Assembly (NCBI GenBank): GCA_021613535.1
Contig: CP075493.1
Location: 5,642,001-5,706,000, forward strand
Direction of reading: 5' to 3'
Source: Adineta vaga
Lineage: Eukaryota > Animalia > Rotifera
Length of the DNA stretch: 64,000 nt
The translations under genes and the position numbers were made by a program. A model generated the notes under the pieces. It was given only the letters and a program-made list of their open reading frames with translations. It did not search any database and was not told where the DNA came from. How positions within the stretch are numbered: the stretch's first letter is position 1; every line of letters starts with the position of its first letter. Positions 1-15,581 of the stretch are shown here, piece after piece.

Positions 1-2881
<2,881 letters not shown>

Positions 2882-3203
2882 TTTATTTCTCTAAAATAGA
2901 TTTTAGTTTTTTCTTCTGAATCAAATCGGTAACATCAATGAATTGAATTTTTTGACAAAAAGAATTTCATTTCATTCATTCTCTCTTCGTTCTTAAATAT
3001 ATTGGTCTGGACATTGTACCATTCAATAATCATGCTAAAGATGTCATTATTAGTCATGAGAATAAAAAGCGAACAGTTTGTTTGATGAATATACCATCAC
3101 AACATGCATGAAAATGGCTGGAATTGAAGGTTATATGAACGATTTTTTTTCAAATATCAATAGAACACAGTTCAATTGTAAAACAAAATCGAAATATAGT
3201 AAG

Positions 3204-4370
3204 ATGACAGATAGAACACGATCAACCATTCAGTATATCTATCCTCTTCGTTCACAATCATGCCGTGATTGTCGAGATAAAGTAACACGTATGTTCAATC
3301 AATAGATTGCTTCTATATTCTTTGTTTTTTTTTCTAACAACTTCTTCGATTTCGATAGGTACAGCTAGTGAACTACATCAACATACAGTCGATCGTGCTC
3401 AACGTCGTTTTGAACGACAATTAGCAAATAGTGAACGAGAATTAAGATCAGCAATGAAACAACGACGTGATCATTCATCATCAGTTGCAGAAAAACGTCA
3501 AGCAACTCAACATCTTGAACATCTTCGAACAACATTGAATAGTGATTATTCACAATTAATTCAAGTAAATCAAACATTTCTTTGATTGTTTGTACACGAT
3601 TCAAATTTCCTATAGGCTTATGTTCATGAACATAAGGTAAGTTTTAAAATCGATCGTCATATCAGTTTATTTATTTATCTCTTTGTTTGATTTAATCGAA
3701 GTTGATTAACAAATACTAATATTCCTTTTCGGTTTACTTCAAATCAATCGTAACGTTATTGACATGTTCTTTATGAATTATTAAATCCATCAATCTTTTC
3801 TTTTCCATAGGAAAAGGTCGATGAAGTTGAAAAATATATGCATCAACGTAATGATGAAGAACGTCATTATGAAAAATCGTTATCTCAAAAAAAACTCAAA
3901 GTAAAATATCGCGAAATATTCATTCTTATTGATTTGATTTAATTTTGAATAAACTAGGACACTCATCAAGAAACTCAACTTCAAAGTGAAAAAGCTCGTT
4001 TAGAATCAATCAATCAAATTATTCGTGAACGTGATGCTGTTTGTGAAGAAAAATTAGCTGCACAAAAGAGGTAAACGATAATTTCTATTCTATATTTACT
4101 CTTTGATTATTTAGTCTTTTCAATCGTCTTCTCGATGAACAAGCTCGACGTTTACGTGCTGAACAAGCATTACATACAAATATATCATCAACATCAACTG
4201 AACCATTTGATATGGCACAGTTAAAAGGTCGTTTAGCTCGTGTTGAATATGAACATCGAGAAATCAAACAATTAATTCTTGACATGCGAAATGATTTAGC
4301 AACTTTAATTACTCAACAGCCAACATATCGAAATACAGTTCATATACGAGATTTTCCAATTAAACCTTAA
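3204..4370 (+). CDS. Uncharacterised coiled-coil protein, 6 exons, divergent from PRPF40
   Basis: Exons join in frame from MTDRTRSTIQ to RDFPIKP-TAA(4368-4370), including a 21-nt exon (AYVHEHK). E/Q/R/K-rich helical composition. Confidence 0.75.
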
Positions 4371-5536
4371 AAGAAAAACAATCATTTTTTTGTCTTTGTC
4401 TTCATAGTACATAGTAGATTTGTCATATTGGAAAGAAAAAGAAATATATTCCTTGAAAAATCAACTTTGAACTGCTTTTTCACTACATTAGAATATTGTT
4501 GAAAATAAATTGTTAGTATCTAAGATAAATATTAGATGTTACTCTATTGAATTTACATGATTCATCAATCGACTGCATAATGAAGTTATTTGTCTACACA
4601 TATCTTGATTTTGTACAAATTCTGACACGAAATAAGTTAACAAAGCGTTATGAATTATAAACATTATATTATTAGTGTTCAGTCAAGTATTAACAAACAC
4701 GTTGTATTTTATTGAATTCTTCCCGAACAACACAAGACATAATTAATATTCCTACGTTATTAACCTGTTATATTTAGAAGACATGGTTTGTTCTAAGTAC
4801 ATTTATCTATAGTATGTCAGGATGTACTAATTTATTTTGAATTATGTGTATGCTTCAAGACGAAATAGACAATCTTTAGGAAAAACTTTTCTTTTTTTCA
4901 TCATCTGAGGATTGTTTTATAATCGTTTTCAATGCAATAAAAGAAAATGACAAGAGTCGCTTTCGATCAAAAACAGAATTCCGTGCTTAAAGAGTTAAGA
5001 CTGTATAATATAAAGTAATTAACGGATAACATCGATCAAAAAGTCAGGAATCATGACAAATATTAATCTAGAACATTTGTTTGTTTTTTGCACAGTCAAT
5101 ATAATATATCAATCAAGTATAAAAAACACACAGTAATTTATGTTAATCTTCATATATATATATATAAGTTAAATAATACGGATGTTGATGTCTGCACAGA
5201 ATATAAAGTAGAAATTTCGAATAGGATATATTCATTATTTAATGACTAATTTAGTAGAAGCTGATAGTTTTATTATTGAGTTTATATGACAAAATGAGTT
5301 TCATAGCTGGCATGATATTTCTATTTTAAGATGTTTGCTTCGTATTCAAAATCCTAACGCATGACTTCAACAATTCATCTTTTCTTTCTCCTCTACACCC
5401 TCACTCTTGATTATTCAACGAACTAAATAAAAAAACATCTTCACATATAAATATAAACTTGTTTTTTAGATTCTCTTTGTCACATAAATTATTCCATCAG
5501 CATATAATATAAGAATAAATTTTTTTTTCTGTCAAT

Positions 5537-5902
5537 ATGGGTCGATTATTTCTAAATTTTGCAATCCTACTCCTAGTTCTTTTATTTACTGATTTGAATG
5601 AAGGCAAACCGTTGATGATTGAAGCTCTCCAACCAAAACATGTTAGTTCTCAAATTGACAATTCAGTAAGTTTGATTGAGAATTAGATTTGAAAAACAAA
5701 AATGAACGAGGATATTTTTTTATAGAATTTCGAAGATATTCATTCATGGTCTAATGAAGATCGTATATCGGATAATGAACGACAGAAGCGAAGTAAGTTT
5801 TGTTTGTAGAGAAATACCAAGAAGAGATGAACATCTTCTTTAGATTGTTTTCTCTATGCTATGAAAACACAAAATCGAGCGTCGAAATGGATGTGTTGGT
5901 GA
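5537..5902 (+). CDS. Small secreted prepropeptide (84 aa): signal peptide, acidic propiece, KR site, Cys-looped C-terminal peptide
   Basis: Exons 5537-5665, 5726-5792 and 5844-5902 with GTAAGT donors and TAG acceptors splice in frame (255 nt). AATAAA at 5941. Confidence 0.85.
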
Positions 5903-6558
5903 TACGTAATAATTTTCTATTCGATGTAGTTTCGATTCGGAATAAACAGAAATGAATCTTTATCGTTTATTGTGTTTTCTTTAGTTATACAAAATATAAT
6001 ATAATGAAAAGATGATTTTTCGTTCTAAAAAATTGTAAACCTATATATATATATATGAGTTCATATGAGCATCAACTGAGAAAGTGCGATAATTATTTTT
6101 TTTAAAATTTCCTCATATGTAAAAGAGAAATATTTGATTTTGAATTTTTATATTAAATTTCGAAGTCATGACGCAAAAACTCTTAAGAACACACATGGAT
6201 GATGAATTTCTACTCAATGTAACATTGTATATCCGTTTATATAAATTGTTGAAAAAAAAGTTCTCTTCTATCAAAACTAGTTGAATACAAATGTTCATTT
6301 CCGGTTAGTTATTTATTCTTTTAAAATATTATTTATCTCTAATATGCTTATGATGATAGGAAGTGAAATTTAGTGCTCAACCCACAATTTACTATGAATC
6401 GAAGAAAATCAGGACAATGTCTAAATGTTAAAGAGACATATATTTTTAATGACGCATTTCCATGAAAAACTGTTGAAATATCTTTCGATAGATAATCTAA
6501 TTTATTCTTTATAGAAATATTCATTATACATAAATTATAATTCATCAAAATACAAAAT

Positions 6559-8319
6559 TTATTTTACACGTGTTCGTCGACTTTTATTTGTTCGAGTATG
6601 ACGTCTAGATAAAGATGATTTAATAGTATAATTATCATCATTATCATCATCTTTGTCATCTGTAGATAGTCGACCGGGTGATAATGTTAAATTTGTTGAC
6701 GAAATCAATGGACTTGATGTTCCAATACCCAAAATATTCTTCTTCTTTTTCTTCTTCTTATGTTCATGTTCAGTGGATTTATGATGAGATTTCGAAGATT
6801 TTATACTCGCCATCGATGTTTGATGACTTTGAAAATGACTATTTTTAGCAAAACGAGCTGTTATCATATCATCGGTTAATAATTTTACACCTAATATAAA
6901 TAAAAACAAGCTGAATAAATCAACATGAAAATCGTTTTCTTACCTTTCGTTCTCGATATTGTCATGTTATCATCATCTTGAAAATCGTATGGAGAAGATT
7001 TTTTCGTTCGACCTTTTCTCTTTTGTACATCAGTCGTTTGTATTACGTTTGGTTGACGTAAAATATCAATTTTTTTCTTTTGTTTTTTTGTCTTAGTATT
7101 TGTTTGAGTAAAAAAAGCATGCGTATCAAATATAGCTGTTGAACTAAATACAGGCGGTGGCGGTGGTGGTGGTAACATGGTTTTCTTTAATTTCGTTTTC
7201 TTTTTTCTGTCTTCTGGTTTCGGTGATGAACATTGATCAGGATCAATATGCTGGAAAATCGAAAGTAAGAAAATACATAAGGTTTCTCATTTGAATAATA
7301 CATACAAAAGACATCTGAGTGATATTTCCTAGTGTTTTATTAATCAAACGATGTGGTTTAACAATCGTATCATCAACAGCTAATTGAAGTCGATCCGATG
7401 GCGGTGATCGACACCTAGAAAAGAAAAAGATTTTTGTAAATTAGTGTTTTTGCCTATAGGTTGAAATCTCATACGCAATCGGTGGTGGTGTTTGAAATGG
7501 AATAATAATTTCATCAAGTGGAGCTGGTGGTACTAGATAATAGAAATGTCAATCGAAAGAACTTGTTTGTTAGAATACTTACAAGGAGGTAAAAATTCAT
7601 GTTGTTTTGTAACATCGATGATATTCTCTGTAACAATCGGCAGTTCATCATCAAGAAGATAATCATTTACTATAGGCAACGGTTCAATGGGTATGGAAAT
7701 ATTAACAGGAGAATCCGATTTAAATATATCTTTTTTGTCACGTTGTATTTGTAATCTTCGATATACATCTCCAATACCTTTCTTCCATTGTTGTTCGAGA
7801 GTTAATTTTAATCGTTTTCGTTGTTTTTTCGTATGAATCGATTGTATTTTAATTGGAATTTCAGTTAAATTAGTCCGATAATAAGAATTAGCAATAAGAA
7901 GTTTGGGTGTTAGATAATTCAGTTGTTTTTTTACTCGAGAATAATCTTTCAAAATATGTTTCTGTTTCGTTTGGCATAATGTTAAACATGAATTTAGTCT
8001 CTAGAATAGAAATATTGTTCATAAAGAATTACTAGAAGAAAATTTTCCACAAACTTGATCTATTTGTGTAAAATCAATCGGTGTTATTCGTTGAAGAAGT
8101 TGAGAAATATCTTCTTCAACATCAGCTATTTGACGACGTAATTCATTACAATGTTCTTGACGTTGAATAAGACGTAATTCATTGACAATACGGACTAGAT
8201 TGTTGTTGTTTTTTTTTAATTTAGGAAATTAGAAATTTAAGAGAACATAATTTTAACTTACTGCGATGTTGAGAAAATAATGATGGCTTCCATGGCCACC
8301 ATTTTTGTTCAATTACCAT
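6559..8319 (-). CDS. Uncharacterised Lys/Pro-rich, probably nuclear protein, multi-exon
   Basis: Start MVIEQKWWPWKPSLF splices in frame to IRIVNELRLIQRQEH. ORFs 7533-7952, 6891-7178 and 6559-6909 are separated by short introns. Poly-K and poly-P tracts. Confidence 0.65.
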
Positions 8320-8951
8320 CGATACCCAAACAAGAATTTCTTATAAACGAAAAAGAGAACAATTGATCAAATACAATACATGAATACAGATTATTGAACA
8401 AAGACCCGCGTTGATCAGCTGTACTGATTAGTTCATTATTGGTGATTTCAATTTTGTTAGTTGGAAGAAAAATAACGAAAATTTTTTATCAAAATTCAAA
8501 TCATACTTCAAGTTTTTCATATATATTTGACAATATAATAAACAAAGATGATTTACTATAGAGGGCGTTAAACTTCAAGTGATATGACGTTCATTGTGAA
8601 AATGTTAATGATTAATTCAAGCAGAACAAAATTGAAATAATTTTGTTTTCAACAATGTGACATAAATCATTCTATTTGTAAGTATTTCAACTCTTTGCTT
8701 TGATGATTATATCAATCATATTTATATATTCGTTGAGAAGAGCAAAAAAAAATTTCCATCAATCTTCTTTGTGATTTTTACGTCTGTCAGACATTTAATG
8801 AATATTTCATCATATGAGCAGTAGCAATAACAACAAAGAAAAACGAAAGTCTAGTTTAAAAAGAAATTAGTATATTTTTATGCGTGTAAATGTGTGTGTG
8901 TGTGTATGTGTGTTAAATCTCATTTGTATTCAGAAGAAAAAGAAAATTGAA

Positions 8952-9687
8952 CTAAGCATGAATGTCCATCATATCGGCACTTGTTTGTAATTCAACTTCT
9001 GATGGTTTGGCAACATGAATTTTTTCTGGATACATATTATCAAGGACACGTATACCTTGAGCATCGATAATTCGTACGAAGACACAATGTGGATATGCCG
9101 CCATGCGTTTACCCATTTCATTAACAATTGTTTGTAACATAAATAAAGCTTCATCAACTGTTAAATCTTCTTTCCATAAACGATCACCAATAGCCAATGC
9201 AAAAAATTGACAGAAACCATGTGCAACAACATTCCCCGATATCATAGCACCTAAATAATCAATCGAATATAATTGTGCACGATCGCTATCACGTTCATTT
9301 GTTGAATAACCGCCGATAACAAGATTAGCAAGAAAAGAATTGCGTGAACGAAGTGATGTTGCCATTTCATGACGAGTAAAGTTCGCACAAGCATATGGTG
9401 ATAATTCAATACCATTGATCATTTTATATAATTGAATATTTTTACCAACATATTCAGAAAATTGAACAACATCACCTGGTTCACCAGCTGAAACAGAAGA
9501 AATTATTATAGTTTTTCATCATTTTGTTTTTATTATACATACCAGCAAGCATAGCACAATGTTCACTCAATTTGAACAATCGATTGGTATCAAATTTCAT
9601 ATTTAATATTCCATATTTAGTTGTATTCGCATCTTGTGCTAACAAGACAAAATCTTTTCCACGAATGCCAATAACTGATTCAACCAT
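8952..9687 (-). CDS. PSMB2: Proteasome subunit beta type-2 (beta4)
   Basis: MVESVIGIRGKDFVLLA...GEPGDVVQFSEYVGKNIQLYKMINGIELSPYACANFTRHEMATSLRSR...LYSIDYLGA; one intron near 9488-9540. Confidence 0.93.
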
Positions 9688-9794
9688 TTTTATTCGATTC
9701 TATCTGAAAAAGAAACAGACAATAACAATAACAATAACAATAGCAACAACAAAATCTGAAAGTTTCTATCAAATCGAAAGACAAAACTTAGAAA

Positions 9795-10211
9795 TCATCT
9801 ACCAAAACTTCCAACTATTCTTTTATCTTGTTGGCCAGTTGATGACGATGATGAACTAAAACCTGTCGAAAATTCCGGTGATTGAAGACCCATATCTGGT
9901 GCCCCTAATGAAAAATCGGTTGATGTACTAAATTCATTGGATTTCATTGATGCAACAGCAGCAGCACCTTCTTGACCAAGTTTGTTAATAATATAGTTAC
10001 TTGAATCAATAAATCGTTCAACACAATTTGCTAAACATGTTTCACTTTTACCATCAAGTCGAGAGGAAATACTTGGACCACATAAATCCCAACATTGATC
10101 CGTTAATGAATGTACAACGGATTGAAAACGTTGTTTTTGATTTTCTTGCTCAATAAATGATGCTAATTGAGCATCTCCAATACCTTGACTGGCACCTGCC
10201 GATAAATCCAT
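9795..10211 (-). CDS. TIMM8: Mitochondrial small Tim chaperone Tim8 with C-terminal extension
   Basis: FIEQENQKQRFQSVVHSLTDQCWDLC...ETCLANCVERFIDSS: twin CX3C motif and Tim8-type flanks; single coding exon. Confidence 0.9.
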   Translation of the reverse strand: MDLSAGASQGIGDAQLASFIEQENQKQRFQSVVHSLTDQCWDLCGPSISSRLDGKSETCLANCVERFIDSSNYIINKLGQEGAAAVASMKSNEFSTSTDFSLGAPDMGLQSPEFSTGFSSSSSSTGQQDKRIVGSFGR

Positions 10212-10403
10212 TATCTAAAAAAACCAATCACATGTCTTTGATATATATGCATGTATATATATATATATATATATTTATAGTGAGAGATAGATTTATATTT
10301 ATAAACGAAAAGAATTTATCGTTGCAGATTAATAATTAAAGATTTATCTTTGTACAGCAAAAAGCACACACACACACAAACAAACAAACGAACAAAAACG
10401 GAT

Positions 10404-13400
10404 TTATTTGTCAAAAAATTGAATTAAATTATTGATACGATTTGGATTGCCTGCTTTTAATGCTCGTATTGAATCCTGTAAAAGAAATAGTAATTAGTAG
10501 TTCGATTGATTTGGTAAGAAAAAGATCATTACTCGTTCAAGTATATGAGAACTTGATTGATTTGTCGATTGTTCAAACATAGATTTTCGATTTGATCGAA
10601 CATCACCAGATGGCGTTGGTTTTCGTATTGTTGGTACTTGTTCATGTAAAATTTGTTGTTCAGATTCATTCTCATTGCTTTTTTCATTCGAAACTGATTG
10701 ACTGAAGAAAAAAAAGCGAAGATATAATATAATTCAAGACCGAGAAAGAAAGAAAGAAAGAGATAGATAGATTCGATTTTTATAGAGATCAAAGTAGTTA
10801 TTATGACGTTTGTGACCTTCCACACCTGTGACTATCTACTACTTGTTGAGACCTATTTCAACGTATCTGAAGGCGTAGAATTCGTTAAAATATAGATCAC
10901 ATGTCAATAAATCGAAACGAGATAATATAAAACGAAATAACTTACAATTTATTATGTTTTTGTTTGGCAATATCAATCCATGATGGTGCAGGTTTACTTT
11001 CATTCGTCGCAACTTTATTATTCGCTGGAAGATAAACACCACCCAGTGTTTTTCGTCGATTTGGTGTTTGGGGAACAGCTGGTGTAGTCTCGACAGTTTT
11101 AGCCGTTGATATGATCGGTTCATTCGTAGGTTCGATAGGTACAAACGGCGGAGGTGAAGGTAGTGGAGGTTCTTCGGCATAAATAGGTACTGACATAATT
11201 TCTTCATTCGGTTGAACGCGACGAATTGAACCACGTTTTTTAAATTGATTAAAAACATTCTCAAATTCATTAGCAGATTGTTTTTCCGTATTACTTGATA
11301 CTAACATCGTAACTGGCCGTAAACGTGCTGGTGCCACAGGATGTTCTCTGGTTTTGACGTTAGTAATAGGTGATGATGTTGATGATGATGATAGTTCATC
11401 TTCATGAGATGATGGATTCTTAGTTGGTTTTGGACGTTTAAAAACATCAAGATTATCATAGATATGTTCATGAGATGAGGAACGTGATCGAGTAAGACTT
11501 GCTGTTTCGTCATCATGATCTCTATGTCGTAACGGTGGATCAATAGGTGTTGATTCATTCTCAAATGGTTTCATCAGTGATGAATCATTCTCATAAGTTT
11601 CTGCCTTTTTTATTTTCAGAATTGGTGGAGTTCTCAATTTCATATCATTCATTTCTTGTGGTCGTTTAAAACTAACAGATCGTTGAATAGGACTACTAGC
11701 CACTGACATAAGTGCTGGTTGACGAGATGATATTTCATTAGTTATATTTGAATTGGTTGCCAAGAGTATATTATCTGCTGAACGATCACGTGAACGAGCA
11801 GACATTCGAAGTCGTGCCCGAGCAGAATCCAAATCAGATAAATCAACTAATGGTTGTAAAATTTTCGACTAAAACAAAATTATAATATTCATAGATTTCT
11901 CATAATTACGTGCGATTTCCGATCAAATCATGCTACACAAGTGTATTCTGTATGACGAATGAAACCATCAACTATGTTAGTTTCATCGATTCTGATGATT
12001 AAGAACATCTCTAACCTAATCCAGTAGAGTAATCAAATACACAAAACTTTATAGTTATACATTTCGTTTGCACGTGTATCATTTCATAATCGATCTCTTT
12101 TAAGTTTTTGATGTGTCAACAAGTATTGTAATATTTACCTCTACATGACTTGTCATAAACATTGATCGTTCCTCATCCGGTGTTGATGAAAGAGCTGAAA
12201 AGATCAAATTTGTTTTTATTTATCAAAATATATAAAATAAGAGAAAAAAATATCGAAATTTATGTCAATCATATGCAAATGCATGTAAAATATTATTTAA
12301 TTTAATCTGTAGTTTATGTGTCGCTGGACTTATAGCTGTTGTAGAAGGTGATGAAAATATCTGGTTGAATTTATAACTGCGTTTCAACGGTAGAGACGAT
12401 AAAATTATATCATCAATATTATCATCATCGTCATTATCTATACTCAAAAGATCTCAAAATATGTTTCAATGTTTACGAAATAAATACATTAGTTCCCTTT
12501 TTCCGATTAGTTCAATCCTTAGGCTATGTTAGCGAAATCTTACCGTCAAATTTTGATGCAAATAAATCCCCATCATTATCATCTGCTTCACGAAGTGTAC
12601 TTAACTAAATAAATAATAATTCATATGAAAAAAATTGTGTTTGTTAATTTATAAATTTACTTTTTGTTTAAGCGGTTGTCGTCGTTTATTTTTAACTGAA
12701 ATACGATCTCGAGCAGCTGAATGTTCTAATTGTTGACAAGCGGATGGTAGTGCTGGCATTGAAACTATACGAGATCAAAGGCAAAATAACAGAATATTAA
12801 TTCAATAGTTACTTACCATCATCTGTTGGCACTGAAGAATCCTATAGACACGAAAAGAAAAGAAGGACAAAAGTGTTTGCTAATCAAATGATTTGTTTTA
12901 CCCCAAAAAAAGATAGTTGATCAGCAACGGATGTGTATGACGAAGAACTATGTGATGATGCCTAATAATAGACGAGAAACTGAGTCATTATTTGTTACTT
13001 CAACAATCATATGAAAAAAGCATTAGTCATTTCAGAATTCTGTTATTTCATCATGTTACCAACGGAATAAATAATACGTGCTTACATTTGAACGGGGTGG
13101 TTTTCTCGGAATAATAATCGGTGATGAAGATGAGGCTGGTCGTCGGCCACCACCACCACCACCATGAATTCCACCAGCAGCAGCAAGAAGTTTTTCAACC
13201 TAATTAAATAAATATATATTTATAAATTTTTAATGATAAAAATTCTTTGTGAATAATTATATGTCACCTGCTCCTTTATCAGCGGACTAGAAGCAGCTCG
13301 AGCCATTCTTTTCTTTCTCTTTCCTCTCAGTTAAAACGCGTCTTTTTCTTTTAAACAATCGTAAATACAAAACAACAGTAGTTCGTCGTTTTCTTTTTCT

Positions 13401-14264
13401 ATATTCGATTGCAAGTGACGGCAATGACTAGGATGAGAATGCCGAAATAAGAAAGACCGTACAGAACGAAAGCAACAACAAGCAAATTAACTTTATAAGC
13501 AATGAAAAAGAAAAGCGAAGCAGAACGAAGAAAAAAAGGCAATGAAAGAAAAATGAGTTGATACATATACACCTATTAATGGTGTAACTCTCAACTGTCA
13601 CATTCGCCTTCCTTTTTTCTTTCTTTGACAAAAAAACCCTGATAAAACATTTTCGTAATAAATGTATTATGAACTTATCCAAAAATGCAAGCATGCAGAA
13701 ATGCAAAGGAGGGAGAGAAGGGAAAAGGGAAAGGAGAAATAAATAGCATTTTTTTTTGTTCTAAATATATACCTGACATCAATTTCAAGTGACTTTCTGT
13801 GCATAAGAAGAAGAAGACGAAGCGAATATTTTAATCATGTCATTTGTGTAAATTAATAATACATTATGTTGGACAAGAACATACCTGACTTGTTGTACCA
13901 TTAGATACAGTACTTGTGGATATTAAATCATTTAAGCTGCTTTGAGAATTAGTTCGTTTTATCGGCGGAATACTGTGATGTTTAGAAAAATATATTTGAA
14001 GCAGTTAAACAATGAATAGAATCTTACTCTTCAATTGGTAAATCGCCTGCTCGAGAAAAGACAGCCGGATGGCCAATAATCTTTTCACGAAGATATTTAA
14101 TCATAGATTCTTCTAAATAGAAATATATCATGTCTTATATTCAATCATTTAAATATTCAATCAAGCAAAAGTAATGTGTGAGTATATTTAGTTATGTTAA
14201 GTACAGACAATATACAAAGCATACCATCATCTACTTCAGATGCCAAATGATCATTCTCGCTCAT
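10404..14264 (-). CDS. CRACD/KIAA1211-like disordered actin capping-protein regulator, many small exons, likely alternative first exons (5' end uncertain, may extend to about 15170)
   Basis: Motif QLEHSAARDRISVKNKRRQP (about 12670-12730) resembles the DUF4592/CPI-type motif; PSWIDIAKQK resembles the CRACD-family C-terminal motif. Last exon ends NNLIQFFDK-TAA at 10404. Family recalled from memory. Confidence 0.55.
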
Positions 14265-15581
14265 GTTTTTCTTTTCTAAGATCTAATTTCATGCAAAAAT
14301 AATGTTATTCAATTGTTCGATTATTGTTCACTTACATGTTCAATGTCGACGTTTTGCCAATTTATTGTCTCTTCAAAATCTGAAAAACAAAATCATAACA
14401 ATTTTTGTTTGCTGTTTTTCAATAGATCTTATCTAAGAAAAATACATAACAACTATTAATATCAAAACACAAATAGACCTTGTTACTGTGCAATCAGTGA
14501 TTACGCGCAACCGTAACATGTTAGTTATACGAATAATCAATTAGTATTTTTTACGCATAACACTACAATAATGTTGATTAAAATCATCACACGTTTTTCT
14601 ATGTAGTTCAATATCAAAGAAAAATTCTTTTCGTTATATTAAGGACAAACATAGAACTTCGCCTTCTCTCATAGGATTGAGAGAATTGAAGTTCTAGAGG
14701 CAGTCTTCTATCAACCGATATTACAGTATACGAAATATCTTGGAGATCTTTACGTAAAAAGATATTCTACTGAATCTCGAGTGACAAGTAAAGAATAGAC
14801 GGTCAAAAAACGTTTCTAAAACGAAAAGAAAAACAAAACAAATGTGAGTGAAGCGATTTTTTTACTACTAACTCACGCATAGTTAGAAAGAGAAATACAT
14901 ACAAAACAGTTAATAAAACTCAAATTCAATCTTGATTTTCATCCTACTGTTATTTCATAGGTTTATCTGAAATGATGATCATACAGCCATCAACATTATC
15001 ATTTCAGATGAATTTGTTGGTGGGCTCAGTGACCTCATTTCCGATGGTAAAAGGAAATGACATTTTGTTTGATTTGAAAGCTGTAGTGATGGTCTGATCA
15101 ATCTAAGAATAGAAGAAAAAAAACAAAATAAATATCAACAAAACAGTTTTTAAGCTTGTGCTTCCGTCCATTTTCTTCGTTAACGATAAGTTTTTCGGAT
15201 AGATGGTAAAGCATGTATTACAAGAGAGTTTTGTTAGAATTACTAGTAGAACTAATCTATTTAGAATTTTCTCTAAAGGAAAAAATGTTTAGCGAGAGAA
15301 TAAAATGAGATGAGATAGACAGAATGTTGTAAAGAAACTTGAACGTATGTCAACCAATCATAAAAGAGATTACAACCTCTCTCAGATTATATATTTATCA
15401 TGAATAGATGTCACTAATAGATAATCACGAAAAGTAATTCATATTGGTAAGACGTTGTTATCTTTAAACTAAACATATTTAAACATACACACACAACGAT
15501 ACTATCTGACACTAAGAAATAAAAATGACAATTCACGTAATTAAAAAGAAACGCTTCGCTCTTGTTTTGTTTTCTTAGATT

